DNA of 64,000 bases from an uncultured Acidobacteriaceae bacterium (GCA_963717225.1 CAVQWB010000034.1:65407-129406), one strand, 5' to 3'. Positions 9,681 to 20,320 are shown, numbered from the stretch's first letter. Notes: generated from the sequence alone by a model not told the origin. Translations and numbers: made by a program.

Positions 9681-10589
9681 ATGCGCAAGCTCCTCGCCTA
9701 TGCCGCAATTTACTTTTTGTGGGGTGCGTCGTTTCTGGCCATTCGGCAGGTAGTGGCGGTGACCCCACCTTTTTTTGCCGCGTCTTTTCGCTTCCTGTGT
9801 GCGGGGGGAATTCTCTACGCATACAGCCGCTGGAAAGGGGTGCCGCAGCCGGATAGGCGGCAGCTGATAAGCACCGCCGTGCTTGGCCTGGTCATGTTTG
9901 CCGGCGACTACGGCTGCCTATTCTGGGCGGAGAAGGAGGTGCCTTCGGGCCTGGCGGCTGTGATTGCCGCGACCATTCCAGTCTGGGTCATGCTCGGCGA
10001 GTGGTTGTTTGCCGGCTCGCAACGGCCGACGGCGAAAGCCCTCGCCGGCATCGTTCTTGGCATCGGGGGAGTGATCCTGCTTATGCTTCCTGCGGGACTG
10101 CACAGCAACGGCTTTACCATATCGGCCCTGGTTCTGCTCTTTGGCTGTTTCCTCTGGGCGGGCGGAACCGTTGCCAGCCGCCACCTGCAGCTGCCCAGGC
10201 AACTCAGCATGAGCTCCGGGCTGCAAATGGCCTGGGGGGGCGGCTTTCTTCTCCTGCTTTCTGCCGCGACCGGGGAACTGGGCACCATACCGGGTCTTTC
10301 CCATCGTTGGACCTGGCAGCTTGCGTTCGCCATGGGCTATCTCATCGTATTTGCCTCGATTATCGCGTTTACTGCGTATGTCTGGCTCATCGCGCGGGAT
10401 CCGACCACTCGCGTTGCCAGCTATGCCTATGTCAACCCATTGATAGCCCTGCTGCTGGGTTCGCTGCTGGCCCACGAGCGTCCCACACCGGTCCAGTATG
10501 CGGGAGCCGCGCTGGTGGTGGCCGGGGTCGCGTCCACAATCGCGGGAAGGCGTGTTGCACGGCGTGAACCTGTCGAGAAAGTGGCCTAA
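9681..10589 (+). CDS. EamA/DMT-family transporter
   Basis: 302-aa ORF with about ten hydrophobic segments. It shows the tandem EamA-like organisation, and its N-terminus AAIYFLWGASFLAIR is typical of the drug/metabolite transporter family. Confidence 0.8.
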   Translation: MRKLLAYAAIYFLWGASFLAIRQVVAVTPPFFAASFRFLCAGGILYAYSRWKGVPQPDRRQLISTAVLGLVMFAGDYGCLFWAEKEVPSGLAAVIAATIPVWVMLGEWLFAGSQRPTAKALAGIVLGIGGVILLMLPAGLHSNGFTISALVLLFGCFLWAGGTVASRHLQLPRQLSMSSGLQMAWGGGFLLLLSAATGELGTIPGLSHRWTWQLAFAMGYLIVFASIIAFTAYVWLIARDPTTRVASYAYVNPLIALLLGSLLAHERPTPVQYAGAALVVAGVASTIAGRRVARREPVEKVA

Positions 10590-10785
10590 ACCGGTGCGAT
10601 AGCGATTTCACGATAGATGTAGCCGGTTGAAATGCTTCACGCGGGGCTTTTCACCAGGAAAAGCCCCACTTCTCTAATGCCGGATAGTGAACGGTATCGT
10701 GAAACCGCTCTAGCGTTCGGGCTTGACTTACCCGTATACTCTCCTCATCGGCGGCAGGGCAGCGGCTTAGCCTCGCCGGCCGGCT

Positions 10786-11691
10786 GTGAGGTGCGTCTTT
10801 TCTGGTCAGACTGTATCCCTGACTCCCGACGTCCCGCTGTCGCAAACTTCGGTTTGGCGTGCTGTTGTTCGTGTGCTTCGAAGTCCCGCAGACAGCCTTT
10901 CCTGTGCATTGTTCCCCTGTCCCTGCGCCCTCTGCGGCGGCTCTCTCCTGCGCTTTACCCGCGTCCCCATCTGCGATTTCTGCTGTGCGCAACTCCCTCC
11001 GCAACCAGGTATTCTTTGCGCTTGTTGCGGGGAAGATCTAGGCATCGCGAATTTCTCTCCGTTGCCCCGTGACGACTCTGATCCCCAGCTTTGCCAGCCC
11101 TGCCGCTTAGCCCCTCCCGCTTTCGTCAAAGCGGTTGCCTATGGCGGCTACCATGGTGAGCTTCGCTCGCTGGTCCATCTGCTTAAGTACGAGGGTATGC
11201 AGCCCATCGCCCGCCGGTTGGGTCTGCTCCTGGCGGACAGTCTGGAACCGTTTGTTGGGTCCGCAACGCCGATGCTGGTTATCCCCGTGCCGATGCATCC
11301 GGAAAAGCAGCGCCGGCGCGGCTTCAACCATGCTGAGCTACTGGCCCGCGCAGCCATCGCAGAGATGCGCCGCCGCCATCCCCAATGGGTGTTGCACCTG
11401 GAAACAGGTCTACTGAAACGGGTGCGCGTGACGGTGAGTCAGGCAGGCCTGACCACCCATCAGCGCCGGCAGAATCTGCGCGGCGCTTTTTTTGCGCCTC
11501 ATCCTGCACGCCTGGCTGGACGGGACGTATTGCTGATTGACGATATTTACACCACGGGGGCCACGGCGCGCGCCTGCAGCCGGATGTTGATGAATGGCGG
11601 TGCTGCCTCGGTCCGGGTGGCGACCGTCGCCCGCGCTCAGCGCGAGGGCGTGGCTACGTGGGACACCGGTTTTCTGAGAACGGTAAGTTGA
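10786..11691 (+). CDS. comF: ComF-family protein (phosphoribosyltransferase domain)
   Basis: N-terminal Cys pairs (FPCPCALCGG...CDFCCAQL...CACCG...CQPC) plus the C-terminal PRT motif VLLIDDIYTTGATARAC. The start codon is uncertain; an internal GTG about 30 codons downstream is possible. Confidence 0.78.
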   Translation: MRCVFSGQTVSLTPDVPLSQTSVWRAVVRVLRSPADSLSCALFPCPCALCGGSLLRFTRVPICDFCCAQLPPQPGILCACCGEDLGIANFSPLPRDDSDPQLCQPCRLAPPAFVKAVAYGGYHGELRSLVHLLKYEGMQPIARRLGLLLADSLEPFVGSATPMLVIPVPMHPEKQRRRGFNHAELLARAAIAEMRRRHPQWVLHLETGLLKRVRVTVSQAGLTTHQRRQNLRGAFFAPHPARLAGRDVLLIDDIYTTGATARACSRMLMNGGAASVRVATVARAQREGVATWDTGFLRTVS

Positions 11692-11841
11692 GACGGTAAA
11701 CGGAGGATCAAGATGTCTTTGGGAAAAGCCATGATCCACGCACGCAAACCGAAAGCGAGCGCACAGGCCCGTGCGCTGGCTCACGAAGCATCTGAGCCGC
11801 ATGAAGGATGGCCGGGGCAGCGGGTTTCTTCTGCCTACACC

Positions 11842-12354
11842 ATGCAGAAGCCGGTGCTGGTGTTGAATGCCTCTTACGAGCCGATCAATATTTGTGGCGC
11901 TCGCCGGGCGCTGATTCTGGTTCTCAAAGGCGTGGCCAAGACCGAGGAAGAGCAAGGCGCCATTTTGCATGCTGCTTTGCTGTGCATTCCCATGCCTTCG
12001 GTCATCCGCCTGCTCGAATATCGGCGCATTCCGCACCAGACGCGCGCTCTCTCGCGCAAAAATATCCTGCTCCGCGACCGCAACAGCTGCCAATATTGCG
12101 GAGTGGTGCTGCCGGCGGGCGAACTTACGCTCGACCATGTAATGCCTCGTTCGCGTGGCGGCCTATCCACCTGGGAGAATCTGGTTGCCTGTTGCCACTC
12201 CTGCAATCGCAGAAAAGGAAATCATCTGCTCTGCGAACTGAGTGATCTTAAGTTACTGCGCGAGCCCCGTCCCTTCTCCTTGCACACCAGCCGGCACATC
12301 ATGCGTATGATCGGCCACTCCGATCACAAGTGGCGGAAGTATTTGTATTACTAA
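11842..12354 (+). CDS. HNH endonuclease family protein
   Basis: ATG at 11842 inside ORF 11713..12354. The HNH motif reads CQYCG...[32 protein letters not shown]. The N-terminal [23 protein letters not shown] is typical of the ~170-aa conserved HNH family. Confidence 0.8.
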   Translation: MQKPVLVLNASYEPINICGARRALILVLKGVAKTEEEQGAILHAALLCIPMPSVIRLLEYRRIPHQTRALSRKNILLRDRNSCQYCGVVLPAGELTLDHVMPRSRGGLSTWENLVACCHSCNRRKGNHLLCELSDLKLLREPRPFSLHTSRHIMRMIGHSDHKWRKYLYY

Positions 12355-12385
12355 GTTGCGAGCTACGTTCTGGGAAGTTCGTGAT

Positions 12386-12800
12386 TCCGGACGCACGGCA
12401 CCGGCTTCAGAGGCTGCGGAAAAACTCATGTTTTGTATCAGGGCACGACTTCAGTCGGGCCCATCAGGCCCGGCAAAGATCTGGGCTTTAGCCCCTGCGT
12501 GAGAACCGGGAAAATGAGCCGCGGATTTCATCCACCCCGAATCTGGTGGGAGCCCCCTGCTTCAGCAGGGGGGAGCTGGACTTCAGTCCAGCGGAAAAGC
12601 GGTTCATTCCGAAAGGACGGGCTTTAGCCCTGGATTTTCGAGGCCAGCGCTAAAGCGCATAATCTAGGTTCTCACGCAGACTCTAAAACCCCACGATGAT
12701 TACATTGCGTTTGCGCCGGGGATAAATCCCCGGCGCTGGAGTTTCAGAGAGGGCGGATAGATCCAAATCTACGGAATGCACGACTTTAGAGCCTGCGGAA
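12386..12800. repeat. array of REP-like hairpin units (family A and relatives)
   Basis: Successive short stem-loops are present: TGTATCAGGGCACGACTTCAGTCGGGCC, GGGCTTTAGCCC, CCCCCTGCTTCAGCAGGGGG, GCTGGACTTCAGTCCAGC, GCGCTAAAGCGC and CCGGGGATAAATCCCCGG. The same units recur at 13455-13590, 39300-39765 and 58950-59040. Confidence 0.85.
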
Positions 12801-12985
12801 AAGAAATGCCTTTCTCCTGCCGCAAAACTGACCCGAATCCGCATATATAAAGGTATGTTCACCAATAACTTTGTGCGGTTGCAAATCATTTGCCGGCCAC
12901 GTGCGCGGATGATGCATGAAACCCGGGCCGCCAGAACGGCTCAGTGGGCAAATTATCCCGGACAAGCTCTTGCCTGGATTCGGAC

Positions 12986-13073
12986 TTACCACGCATACCA
13001 CGCATATCACGCACCATTTCCGTCGGCCACTTACCACGCATACCACGCATATCACGCACCATTTCCGTCGGCC
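12986..13073. repeat. perfect-to-near-perfect 44-nt tandem duplication (2 copies)
   Basis: CTTACCACGCATACCACGCATATCACGCACCATTTCCGTCGGCC occurs at 12986-13029 and again at 13030-13073. Each unit also contains an internal ACCACGCAT sub-repeat. Confidence 0.9.
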
Positions 13074-13171
13074 GCTTTTCACCACCCTGGAGGCGAAATA
13101 CACGCATAACTTTAAGCGTCGCTTAAAACAAAGGACTTAGCCGCGCGTCGGTTGCAACCCAGGGGCTTCTA

Positions 13172-13433
13172 AGGAGGGTGTGTGAGAACTCTGCTCCGAG
13201 TCCCGAAGGGACGTCTGAACCTAGCCCAGGACGACAGTCCTGGGTAGATATAAGCAATCCGACCAGTCCCGCAAGGGACGGCTGAACGCAGGGGACGAGG
13301 TTTCAGCCGTCCCTTACGGGACTAGTCCAGCTTTTTCGGTTAACCCAGGACTCACGTCCTGGGCTAAGTTCAGATAAGTTCAGACGTCCCTGCGGGACTG
13401 AGCTTGGATTCTCCAGTTCTCACACACCCTCTA
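13172..13433. repeat. MITE-like palindromic element (family B), about 260 nt
   Basis: The ends GGAGGGTGTGTGAGAACT...GTCCCGAAGGGACGTCTGAAC (13172-13222) and GTTCAGACGTCCCTGCGGGAC...AGTTCTCACACACCCTCT (13376-13433) are inverted copies. The core is made of hairpins CCCAGGAC-N-GTCCTGGG and a ~22-bp stem AGTCCCGCAAGGGACGGCTGAA / TTCAGCCGTCCCTTACGGGACT. A second copy in opposite orientation lies at 30950-31165. Confidence 0.8.
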
Positions 13434-13454
13434 AAGCCCTCATCAACCCCGCCA

Positions 13455-13590
13455 TGCACGGCACGGCTAAAACCGTGCCCTGATACAAAGCATCAGAGCC
13501 GTGACTCCAGAAAACTGCGCATTCCGCAGGTTTGGATCTATCCGCCCTCTCTGAAATGTAGAAACTCCAGCGCCGGGGATAAATCCCCGG
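13455..13590. repeat. family A/E composite repeat unit, inverted relative to 12712-12800
   Basis: GCACGGCTAAAACCGTGCCCTGATACAAAGCA...GTGACTCCAGAAAACTGCGCATTCCGCAGGTTTGGATCTATCCGCCCTCTCTGAAATGTAGAAACTCCAGCGCCGGGGATAAATCCCCGG. Its reverse complement aligns with 12712-12800, and a related copy lies at 39643-39765. Confidence 0.8.
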
Positions 13591-13659
13591 CCTGCCCGTA
13601 CCCTTCAAGGAAAGAAAGCAATTCGGGGGTAATTCATCGCGAAAACGTTTGAAAATTTT

Positions 13660-16600
13660 CTACCACCACACCAGCCTGGTCAGCAGCGGATAGTAGAGTG
13701 CCAACCGTAACGGCTGGCTTTCTCCGTAAACCTTGCGCATGACGGCGGCATAAGCTTCCAGCTGGTGCAAATACTTTTCCTTTTCACTTTCGAGAAAGGC
13801 ATCCAGGCCGGATGCGCCATGCCGGGCTGTCTTGTAATCCACAATCCATAAATGTGTTTCTTCGCCGGAGCAGGGTGTTGCTCCGGCACGAAAGATGCGA
13901 TCGCCGCGCAGGGTGCGTACGATTTCTGCTCCTTTCGAGCTGGTCCACCCGGACCAGGAGGTCTCGGTCTGCGCGCCCGCCCGTGCTCCCAGAATCCAGC
14001 GTCCTTTTGCATCCTGGAGGACGCCCTGCAGGGCCCGCACTACCTCTGCCGCTTGCGGTTCGGCCTCCGTCCGCGGTAAGCCGGCCGAGCGAAGCATCGC
14101 CAGGGCCCGGGGGCGCCAGCTGCGCAGCTCGTCGAGGAGAGCCGGTGAAACTCCTGCCGCGTCGACGCCTGGTAGCCTTGTCAGATCTTCGAGCAGCGCA
14201 TGCACAACGGTGCCGAATGCACGAGCGGCCAGTGAGCCGCGGGGCCGTTCGACGACTTCCAGGATTTCTTCCTGGGTCTCTCGCGCGGCGGCGTATTCCG
14301 GCGGCTTCCAGTTCGCCGGCAGGCGGCGCAACTGTATCGTTGGCGACGCCGGAGGGAACGAAAACTCTGCTTGCTGAGGCGTCCGATCCGCGGCCGGCGC
14401 TTGTTCCTCACGCGCACGCTCAAAATCCGGTTTCAGAGCCGTCCACGCAATCCCGAGCAGGGTTCCACTCGAGCCTGGAGTTAATTCCTGATTGCTTCTT
14501 CGGACGGTTGCGGTGCCCAGCAGATGCAACTCCTTCCGGGCGCGGGTGGCGGCCACATAAAGCAGGCGCTTAGCCTCATCGTCTTCCCGCCGGCCCTGAA
14601 GTTCACCGATCCACGCATAGATGCCGCCCTGTTTTCCATTGCGGCCGATGGGCGCAACCACGAACTCGCGCTCCTCCTCCTCCGTCGGACCAAGCAGCCT
14701 GGTCTGTTCCAGCCAGCGAAGCAGCGGTTGTGTTTCCGTCCGGGTTGCGCGTCCCAGGCCAGGCACAATCACAACCTCAAAGCCAAGCCCCTTTGCTTTA
14801 TGGATGGTCATCAGCTGCACCCCGCAGCGTTCGTTCGCAGCGGGATCGGGCTGAGCACAAAGTTCGGCGATCTGTTCTTCGAGTCCATCGGCGCCCGGGC
14901 CAAGCTGCTCGAGCATGGCAAAAAAGGCATGCACATTTGCATAGCCCGCGCGGTCTACGCATGCTCGTCCTCCCAGGGTTGCCCAGGTACGTTCCACCCA
15001 TTGTGCCAGAGAGACCTGGCGATGCCTCCCGCGCAGCGCATCTTCCAGTACAGAAAGCACGCGCGCTACTCGGCCTTGTCCGTCCGTACTGAGTAAGGAC
15101 GTCCGCTCGCGGAGCAGCGTCAGCATTGCCGGTTGGTTGTAGTCCTTCGTGTCGCTGCCGGCAAGTGAATGCAGGTCCTTCACGGTAAGACCGCACCATG
15201 GCGCACGAAGCACGCTGAGCCATGCGATGCGGTCCATCGGATGCAGCAGTGCACGGGTAAGCGCGGTAAGGTCCTTTACCTCCTGTCGTTCGCTCAACTG
15301 CTCAATCTCTACCGCGCGGAAGGGAATCTCTGCCTTGCGAAGTTTCCGCGCAATGAGCTCCAGGTGGTTGCGAGCCCGAACCAGGACAGCGATGCGAAAC
15401 TCGCCGCGCTTGCGTTTCGCTGTCTCGACTGGCAGCCCCGTGTTCCTGGATGATGCTGACCACCTGCCTGGCTTCCGTGTCTTCGGCTGCCCGTCTTTCC
15501 TCTGGGCTGGGCCGGGAGACACTGAAGAATGGCCACACTTTGACACCCGGCTCGCCGCGTGGCGCTGGGCAACTTGCTTTCGACGGGGCGAAGGTGACAT
15601 GGTATTCCTCCCCTGTCGCCGGATCCGAAGACCTGGACGAAGATTTCGTTCAGTCGATCCACCAATCCGGCATGGGAACGAAAATTGGTTTGCAACTGTA
15701 AAGGTGTCAAGTGTACGACCGCCGTGCCTTCTCCGAGCCCATACCTCTTGGTGCGTTCAAAAAGCTCTACTTCGGCCTGGCGAAACATATAGATCGATTG
15801 CATCGGATCGCCCACCAGGAAGCAGGTACCCCGGCCCGCGGATTCCCACCCGCTCGCGATCAGGGTGAGCAACTCGTACTGGCTGCGCGAGGTATCCTGA
15901 AACTCGTCCACCAGCAAATGAGGCCACCGGGCGGCAACCACATCGGCTAATTCGCTCAACTGGCCCTCGTCGTCGTGCAAGACCCGCCGCGCGGCCAGAC
16001 CTAATTCGACAAAGTCGACGACCCCGCGCTCCGCGAAAACCAGGAGCAACTCCGCCGTCGCGTAACGCAGGATGACCAACATATGCTGTAACATCTGCGA
16101 CTCTTCTTCGCTGTATTCCTGGGGCGGAAGCGCTTGCAACTCAGCCAGTATGGCAAGGAATTCTGGATGGGCGTCGAGACTCTCGATGAGAGACGTATAG
16201 CGTTCTTTGGCCGCTTTGCCGTGTTTGCCCGAAATAAATCCGATCTCGCGAGTGACGTTTTTCCGCCAGGTGCCCTCCTTTGTCAGCAAAAAATGACATA
16301 GGCAATTCCACTGCGAGTGGTTGGTCAAGTCCCGGATATCACTGACCTCCTGCAGCCCGATCAACCGGGAATCCGGATCGACGTTGCCGCACGCATGGCC
16401 CAGGACCTCCGTCAACTCCCGTGCAAGGCCAGGGTATCCGGCGAACAGGGTCTGTGCTTTTTGGATAGCCTGCTCGTGTGTCCGGCGCAGAGGTGCTTCG
16501 AGGGCTGCGCGGACAACGGGCCAATCGAGCGTCGCTTGGCCGAGAGGAAGTACGCGGCCCCATTGGTCCCGCTTATCCAACATCTCGGCAATCAATTTCT

Positions 16601-17178
16601 GGCAATCAGGAAGGCTGGTCCCGCGCAACTGTAACAGCGCATTCAGGGCGCTCGATAGCGGCTCCTCCCCACCCAGCCGGGCCAGTGTGCGCCGAGCCGC
16701 CAGGGTATAGAGGGGCTGCGGTTTGTCCGTTGGGGAAAGCGAGCCACCCAGGCGCGAAAGCAGAGGAGTCTCATGCGCGATCGCCAGGCAGACGGCATCG
16801 ATGGTCTGGATATTAAGTCGCTCCGGCTGTTGCAGAAGATTCCATCCTCGCCGGGCATCATTCTCCAGGGCGCCGCGCGCCAGTTGGACATCGGGTTGTT
16901 CATCGCTTGACGCAGTCGTATCCCGGGCTCTCTGCAGCGCTGTTAAGCACTCTCTCCCGCATTTCGGCGGTGGCGGCGAGGGTGAAGGTGATGGCCAGGA
17001 TCTGTTCCGGCTCGTCCACCTCCGCAAGCAATTTCAGCAGCCGGCGAGTCAGCAACTCCGTCTTGCCCGAGCCGGCGGGAGCCTGGACAAGAAAAGATTT
17101 GTTCGTCTCCAGCGTCTGCGCTCGGGCGCTTTGGTCGACTGGCTGCTGGGCCTGATCAGTCGTCACTCTCGTCCTCAT
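13660..17178 (-). pseudogene. addA: AddA-type UvrD-family helicase with C-terminal PD-(D/E)XK nuclease, three +1 frame breaks
   Basis: The gene is spread over four ORF pieces:
- ORF 16900..17208 has Walker A ([17 protein letters not shown]).
- ORF 15309..17027 has the helicase core (LLVDEFQDTSRSQYELL, GDPMQSIYMFRQA).
- A 78-aa ORF, 15302..15538, bridges the two larger pieces.
- ORF 13660..15600 has motif VI (LLYVAATRARKEL) and the nuclease motif (WIVDYKT).
The frame junctions are at about 16943, 15610-15613 and 15436-15439. Confidence 0.85.
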
Positions 17179-19857
17179 CGCCGGTATTGACGGGGTCACT
17201 CTCGGCAATCCGGCAAAGTCCGGGCAGGTCGCAAAACTCGCAAGTCTTGGGATACTGCTTTGGGGTCAACCTGCGCTTCGCCGTTAAGGAACTGCTGCCC
17301 CAGATCGAGCAAGACGTTCTGCCAGCTTTGCAGCATGGCGGCGCCATAGGGCGGCCTGGTCAACTTAGCGTCGCCGGGCATCACGAGCCTGGCGTCTTCC
17401 ACGCGGCCGATGAATTTGACTTTGTCTTCGCGGACCCTTCCCAGCAGCACGCCTTTCAAATGGTCGATCTGGCCGAACCCGGCGTACAGTGGCAGTTGCG
17501 GTTCATCTGGCCTGCGGACCGTCCCAGGAAACGTTATTCAGCAGGCCCGTTTTGTAGTCGATGATCACCCGCCCACCGTCGACTGCGTCAATACGATCCA
17601 CCCGTACCTGGAGTTTGAGATCTCCCACGGTTGCGGCAAGCTTCTCTTCGCCGGCTTCGACGGTAAAGTCTGCCCGCTGGGCTTCGTAAGCCAACCACTC
17701 CTCGATGAGAGAAACAATCCGCTCTTCTTCCGCGTCGAGATATGCCTGGCTCCAGCTGTGCTCTGGCGTACGTTCCCGATATTTCTGTAATGCCGCTTTG
17801 ACGTGTTGCTCCACAATGGCGTGCAGCCGGCCTTCTCTGCCAGCCTCGAGGAGGGCATCGCGAGTCTTCAACTCTGTCCACAGACTCTCCAGGATCTTGT
17901 GCACCACGGAGCCACGTTCGCGAGGTTCCAGTCCCCAGTCGGTAGCATCCATAGGCCTGGCGCCCAACCGCCGGGTGGCAAAGGATTGAAAAGGGCAAGC
18001 TGCCTGCCGGCGGAGTATTTCAGCGCCCCCAGCATCCTGCTCCTTGGGCCAGGGAAGAACGGCCGCTGGTTCCTCTTCAGGCTGCAAGGCAGGGAATTCC
18101 TGTTCCAGGGCCACCGACTCGTTGGCCCCGATCGATATCCGCAGAGCTTTGGCCTCCATCTTCTGTTTTCCGGAACTCACCAGGGTCGATGCGCGGCATA
18201 CACCTTCCGCATTTTGCGATGCAAAACTGAACACACATTTCGCCGCGCTTTTCTCCAGGCGCGTGGTCACCTGCTGAGCAAGCTTCCAATCCGCAGTACT
18301 GTCGGCGTGCGGCATGTTGTGTGTGCGGTGCAGAGACCGGGTAAGGAAGGGGTGAGGCCGTGCCACCGCCGGCCAGTCGGCATCGTCGGCGCCAAGAAAC
18401 CATAGTGCGTCGAAGGTGAGACCCGCTGCTTCCAAAGGTCCGAGGATTTGTACCGGCGCATCGTGCGACTCGGGGGCGAAGATGGTCTGCTTTGCCTGCC
18501 GCTCCAGTACTTCGAGAAACTCCGCATAACCGGCCAGGCGTCCATCGAACGAAAGCGCGGCCACGCTATCGAGCAATTGTGACCATCGGGCCTGCACCTG
18601 ATAATCTTCGCTCTCGAGGACGTGTGCTCCAGGCCAGTGGACCGCATCGAGAATTTGATCAGCCACATGAACCCACTGGGCAAAATTCATTGCGCTGTTG
18701 TGGGCCAGTAACCGCCGCCCAGCCTGTAGCCTGCGGCGAAGCTTTTCCAGCGGATAAGCCGACTGCAGAAAGCTATCCAGATTCTGTTCCGGTTGTCTCA
18801 TCGCTCGGCGTCGTAAGCTGACGTCGAACTCGGCGATGGCGAGCAGTTCGTCCTGCTGTTCGCCAATGAAGCCCGAGAGCAGCAACCAGCTGACCTGGGC
18901 CTGCGCAAGCGCTTCATTCATCCAGCGCAACAGCAGCAGGGCACTACGTGCCATAGGCACGTCGGCGAGCGGAACCCCAAGAGAGAATTCGTAGGGAAGT
19001 GGCAAGTCGCGCACCCCAACCGCAACCGCCTCGGGTGCAAGTATCTGGCGAAAGGCTCGCTCGATCTCCGGGCGCTCGCTCGAAACTCCAGGCACTACAA
19101 CCGCAATGCGGGATGTTTGCCCCGCGGCGGCGGCAGCGGCAAGCTCGCGCCGCACCCAGAGAGCGCAGGTAGCGATCTCATCTCGTTTGTCAACGGCCTC
19201 GACCAGCAAGTTCGTCTGCGTCTGCGAGATTTCGGCAGGTTCCACCAGCGCGATGTCGTGACCTTGCTCCCGAAGAGCGTCGATCAAGTCCTGCTGCGCC
19301 GGTGTGATGCGATCGAAGCCGGTCAGCATCAACCGAAAGTTCGCCTCCGCCTGGCCGGCGAGCACCGCCTCCCGCAACACCAACGGCAGCTTGCCGCGGC
19401 TCAGCCAATCCTCATGCCGGCATTTGTGTTCAAAACCGCGAGCCCATTTGCGAAAACTCTCCACATCCGGGCCACCGGGTTTTTCTCCGCTCAAAAAATC
19501 GAGAGCGCCGTAGGCACACAGCAGGGCATACGCCTGCTGTGCAAGTTCGGCGACCCCGGGTACAGAGATCAGCCGCAGCCCCTCGATGCTTGGTCTCACT
19601 AACTCCACCCAGACCTGTTGCTCCTGCAGGGTGGTGAGCAAGAGTCGTGTCTCGCTGCCGGACCGCAGGCGCTTCTGCCACAACCGGTTCAACCAACTCT
19701 CCCAATCCAGGATGTCCGGTGATTGCCAGGTTTCCAAGCCCTGTTGGCGTTGTGCCTCGCCGTGAAGCCGCCGCAACGCACGTGCAGCCCGTGCGCTGGA
19801 GGCAATCACCGTATCGCCAACCTCAATTGCTGCGGCGATTGCCGGGGGAAGTTGCAT
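17156..19857 (-). pseudogene. addB: AddB-type PD-(D/E)XK nuclease subunit, two +1 frame breaks
   Basis: ORF 17503..19914 has its likely start at MQLPPAIAAAIE (19857) and ends at RVIIDYKTG. The sequence continues as PDEPQLPLYAGFGQ in ORF 17196..17459. It then continues as [16 protein letters not shown] (a CxxCx5C Fe-S motif) in ORF 17156..17347. The junctions are at about 17509-17512 and 17259-17265. Confidence 0.82.
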
Positions 19858-19921
19858 CCTTGTTTTATACCGCAAAGGACAGCTTCTGCGCCTGGCCTGC
19901 CAACGCGTGTACACTCACTGC

Positions 19922-20296
19922 ATGCGGCGGATTGCGGCGTTCGTATTGCTGTGCGTTTTTGGGGCATTGTTGCCATCAGCGACAATGATGGCGCTCGCCG
20001 CGCCACAGCAATTGGTGCCTATCTGCTGCCGCGCTCACGGCGCGCATGCCTGCGTTATGGGATCAGTCGCCAGTGCAACTTCCGACCCCGCTCCCGCGCT
20101 GCGCCAGCCAGGTTGCCCGTTTGGCCAGAGCCTTCACGCGGTCACTAACGTTTCGATTAGCGCCGTTTTAACCTGGCGCACCCGCTTCGACCTTGTCGTA
20201 ACCAGCCTCGACCGGCAGCTGATTGCCGATGCAATCGCCTCCCGCGTGTTGCGCCGCTTCGCTCCCCGCGGACCGCCTTCATCCCTCTCCGTTTAG
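19922..20296 (+). CDS. small secreted Cys/His-rich hypothetical protein
   Basis: ATG 19922 (MRRIAAFVLLCVFGALLPSATMMALAAP signal peptide) is followed by ICCRAHGAHAC and QPGCPFGQ. It lies divergent from addB and directly upstream of a TBDR gene. I recognise no family with confidence. Confidence 0.5.
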   Translation: MRRIAAFVLLCVFGALLPSATMMALAAPQQLVPICCRAHGAHACVMGSVASATSDPAPALRQPGCPFGQSLHAVTNVSISAVLTWRTRFDLVVTSLDRQLIADAIASRVLRRFAPRGPPSSLSV

Positions 20297-20320
20297 ATCA
20301 AGGCAGCAGTCGCTTTCAAA

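Noticed and set aside
10632-11072. 146-aa ORF upstream of and overlapping comF
   Set aside because: It overlaps the ComF reading frame out of phase, is Ser/Arg/Leu/Cys-rich, and has no motif. The ComF Cys-pair N-terminus is in the other frame.
12986-13073. Possible CRISPR array
   Set aside because: There are only two directly abutting 44-nt copies with no spacers, and no cas genes are present in the window.
12433-13652. Small ORFs (60-105 aa) such as 12433..12627, 12786..13103, 12855..13109 and 13404..13652
   Set aside because: They are translations of REP/MITE-like repeats and of the 44-nt tandem duplication. The same peptide strings recur wherever the repeats occur (39350..39556, 58515..58715, 58831..59052). 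They have no start context and no independent coding signal.
17156-17347. 63-aa Cys-containing ORF as an independent zinc-ribbon or small protein
   Set aside because: Its [10 protein letters not shown] motif and acidic tail are the normal C-terminus of AddB, reached after a +1 shift.
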